From NCBI GenBank assembly GCA_036172245.1, contig JAYWIR010000019.1, forward strand, positions 1,984,001-2,048,000: a DNA stretch of 64,000 bases. The letters run 5' to 3'. The notes under the pieces were generated by a model. It saw only the letters and a list, made by a program, of their open reading frames with translations. It had not been told where the DNA came from and made no database searches. Source of the DNA: Raillietiella orientalis. Its lineage: Eukaryota. Every line of letters begins with the position of its first letter. Within the stretch, counting starts at the first letter, position 1. This document shows, piece by piece, positions 63,701-64,000 of the stretch. The position numbers and the translations under genes were made by a program.

Positions 63701-64000
63701 TGGCGACTCTGGAAGCAGCAAATTCATCTGGCGTGTCGCTGCGGTCGTTTCCGTAAGACCATGCCAAAATATCCTTCCCTTATAGCGTTATGTGGCTCCA
63801 GAGCTCGAAGAGAGCATTTGCTCTCTCATCCTTCACTACAGTGCGGAAGTCTCCTGCCTTCGGCTAAGGCCGCTAGGATCACGCTTTTCTGTTGCCATTC
63901 CCAGGGCGGTTTCTAGAAGGCTTCCAGATCTGTCGTACATCCTGAGCGATAGATTCATCCCTCTTAAAAAGGTGATACAGAAACAACGCGAATGGAGATT

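Noticed and set aside
1..64000. Prokaryotic operon or defence system
   Set aside because: No gene-dense organisation; spliceosomal introns, LINEs/SINEs and a metazoan-type gene indicate eukaryotic nuclear DNA.

Overview
Eukaryotic nuclear DNA, probably from an invertebrate animal, and largely a graveyard of decayed transposons. It holds many L1/Tx1-clade LINE fragments on both strands, tRNA-headed SINE-like elements with an associated ~0.7-0.9 kb repeat (family B), and remnants of piggyBac, Mutator-like and Ty3/Gypsy elements. Embedded in this are: (1) two paralogous intron-containing genes for a probable secreted, GPI/membrane-anchored mucin-like surface protein, each with a different expanded tandem repeat (18-bp KPTTTP-type vs 15-bp KPTSH-type) and a near-identical 3' block suggestive of gene conversion; (2) a ~200 bp frameshifted Wolbachia-like malate dehydrogenase fragment inserted inside a host LINE remnant; (3) a decayed strawberry notch pseudogene. 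The most novel-looking pattern is that 3' ends of two repeat families repeatedly abut the same ~15-nt site in the antisense strand of a tRNA-derived SINE, suggesting SINE-targeting site-specific retrotransposons. Most ORFs in the supplied track are spurious. Repeat boundaries are approximate, and all homologies were recognised by eye, not by database search.
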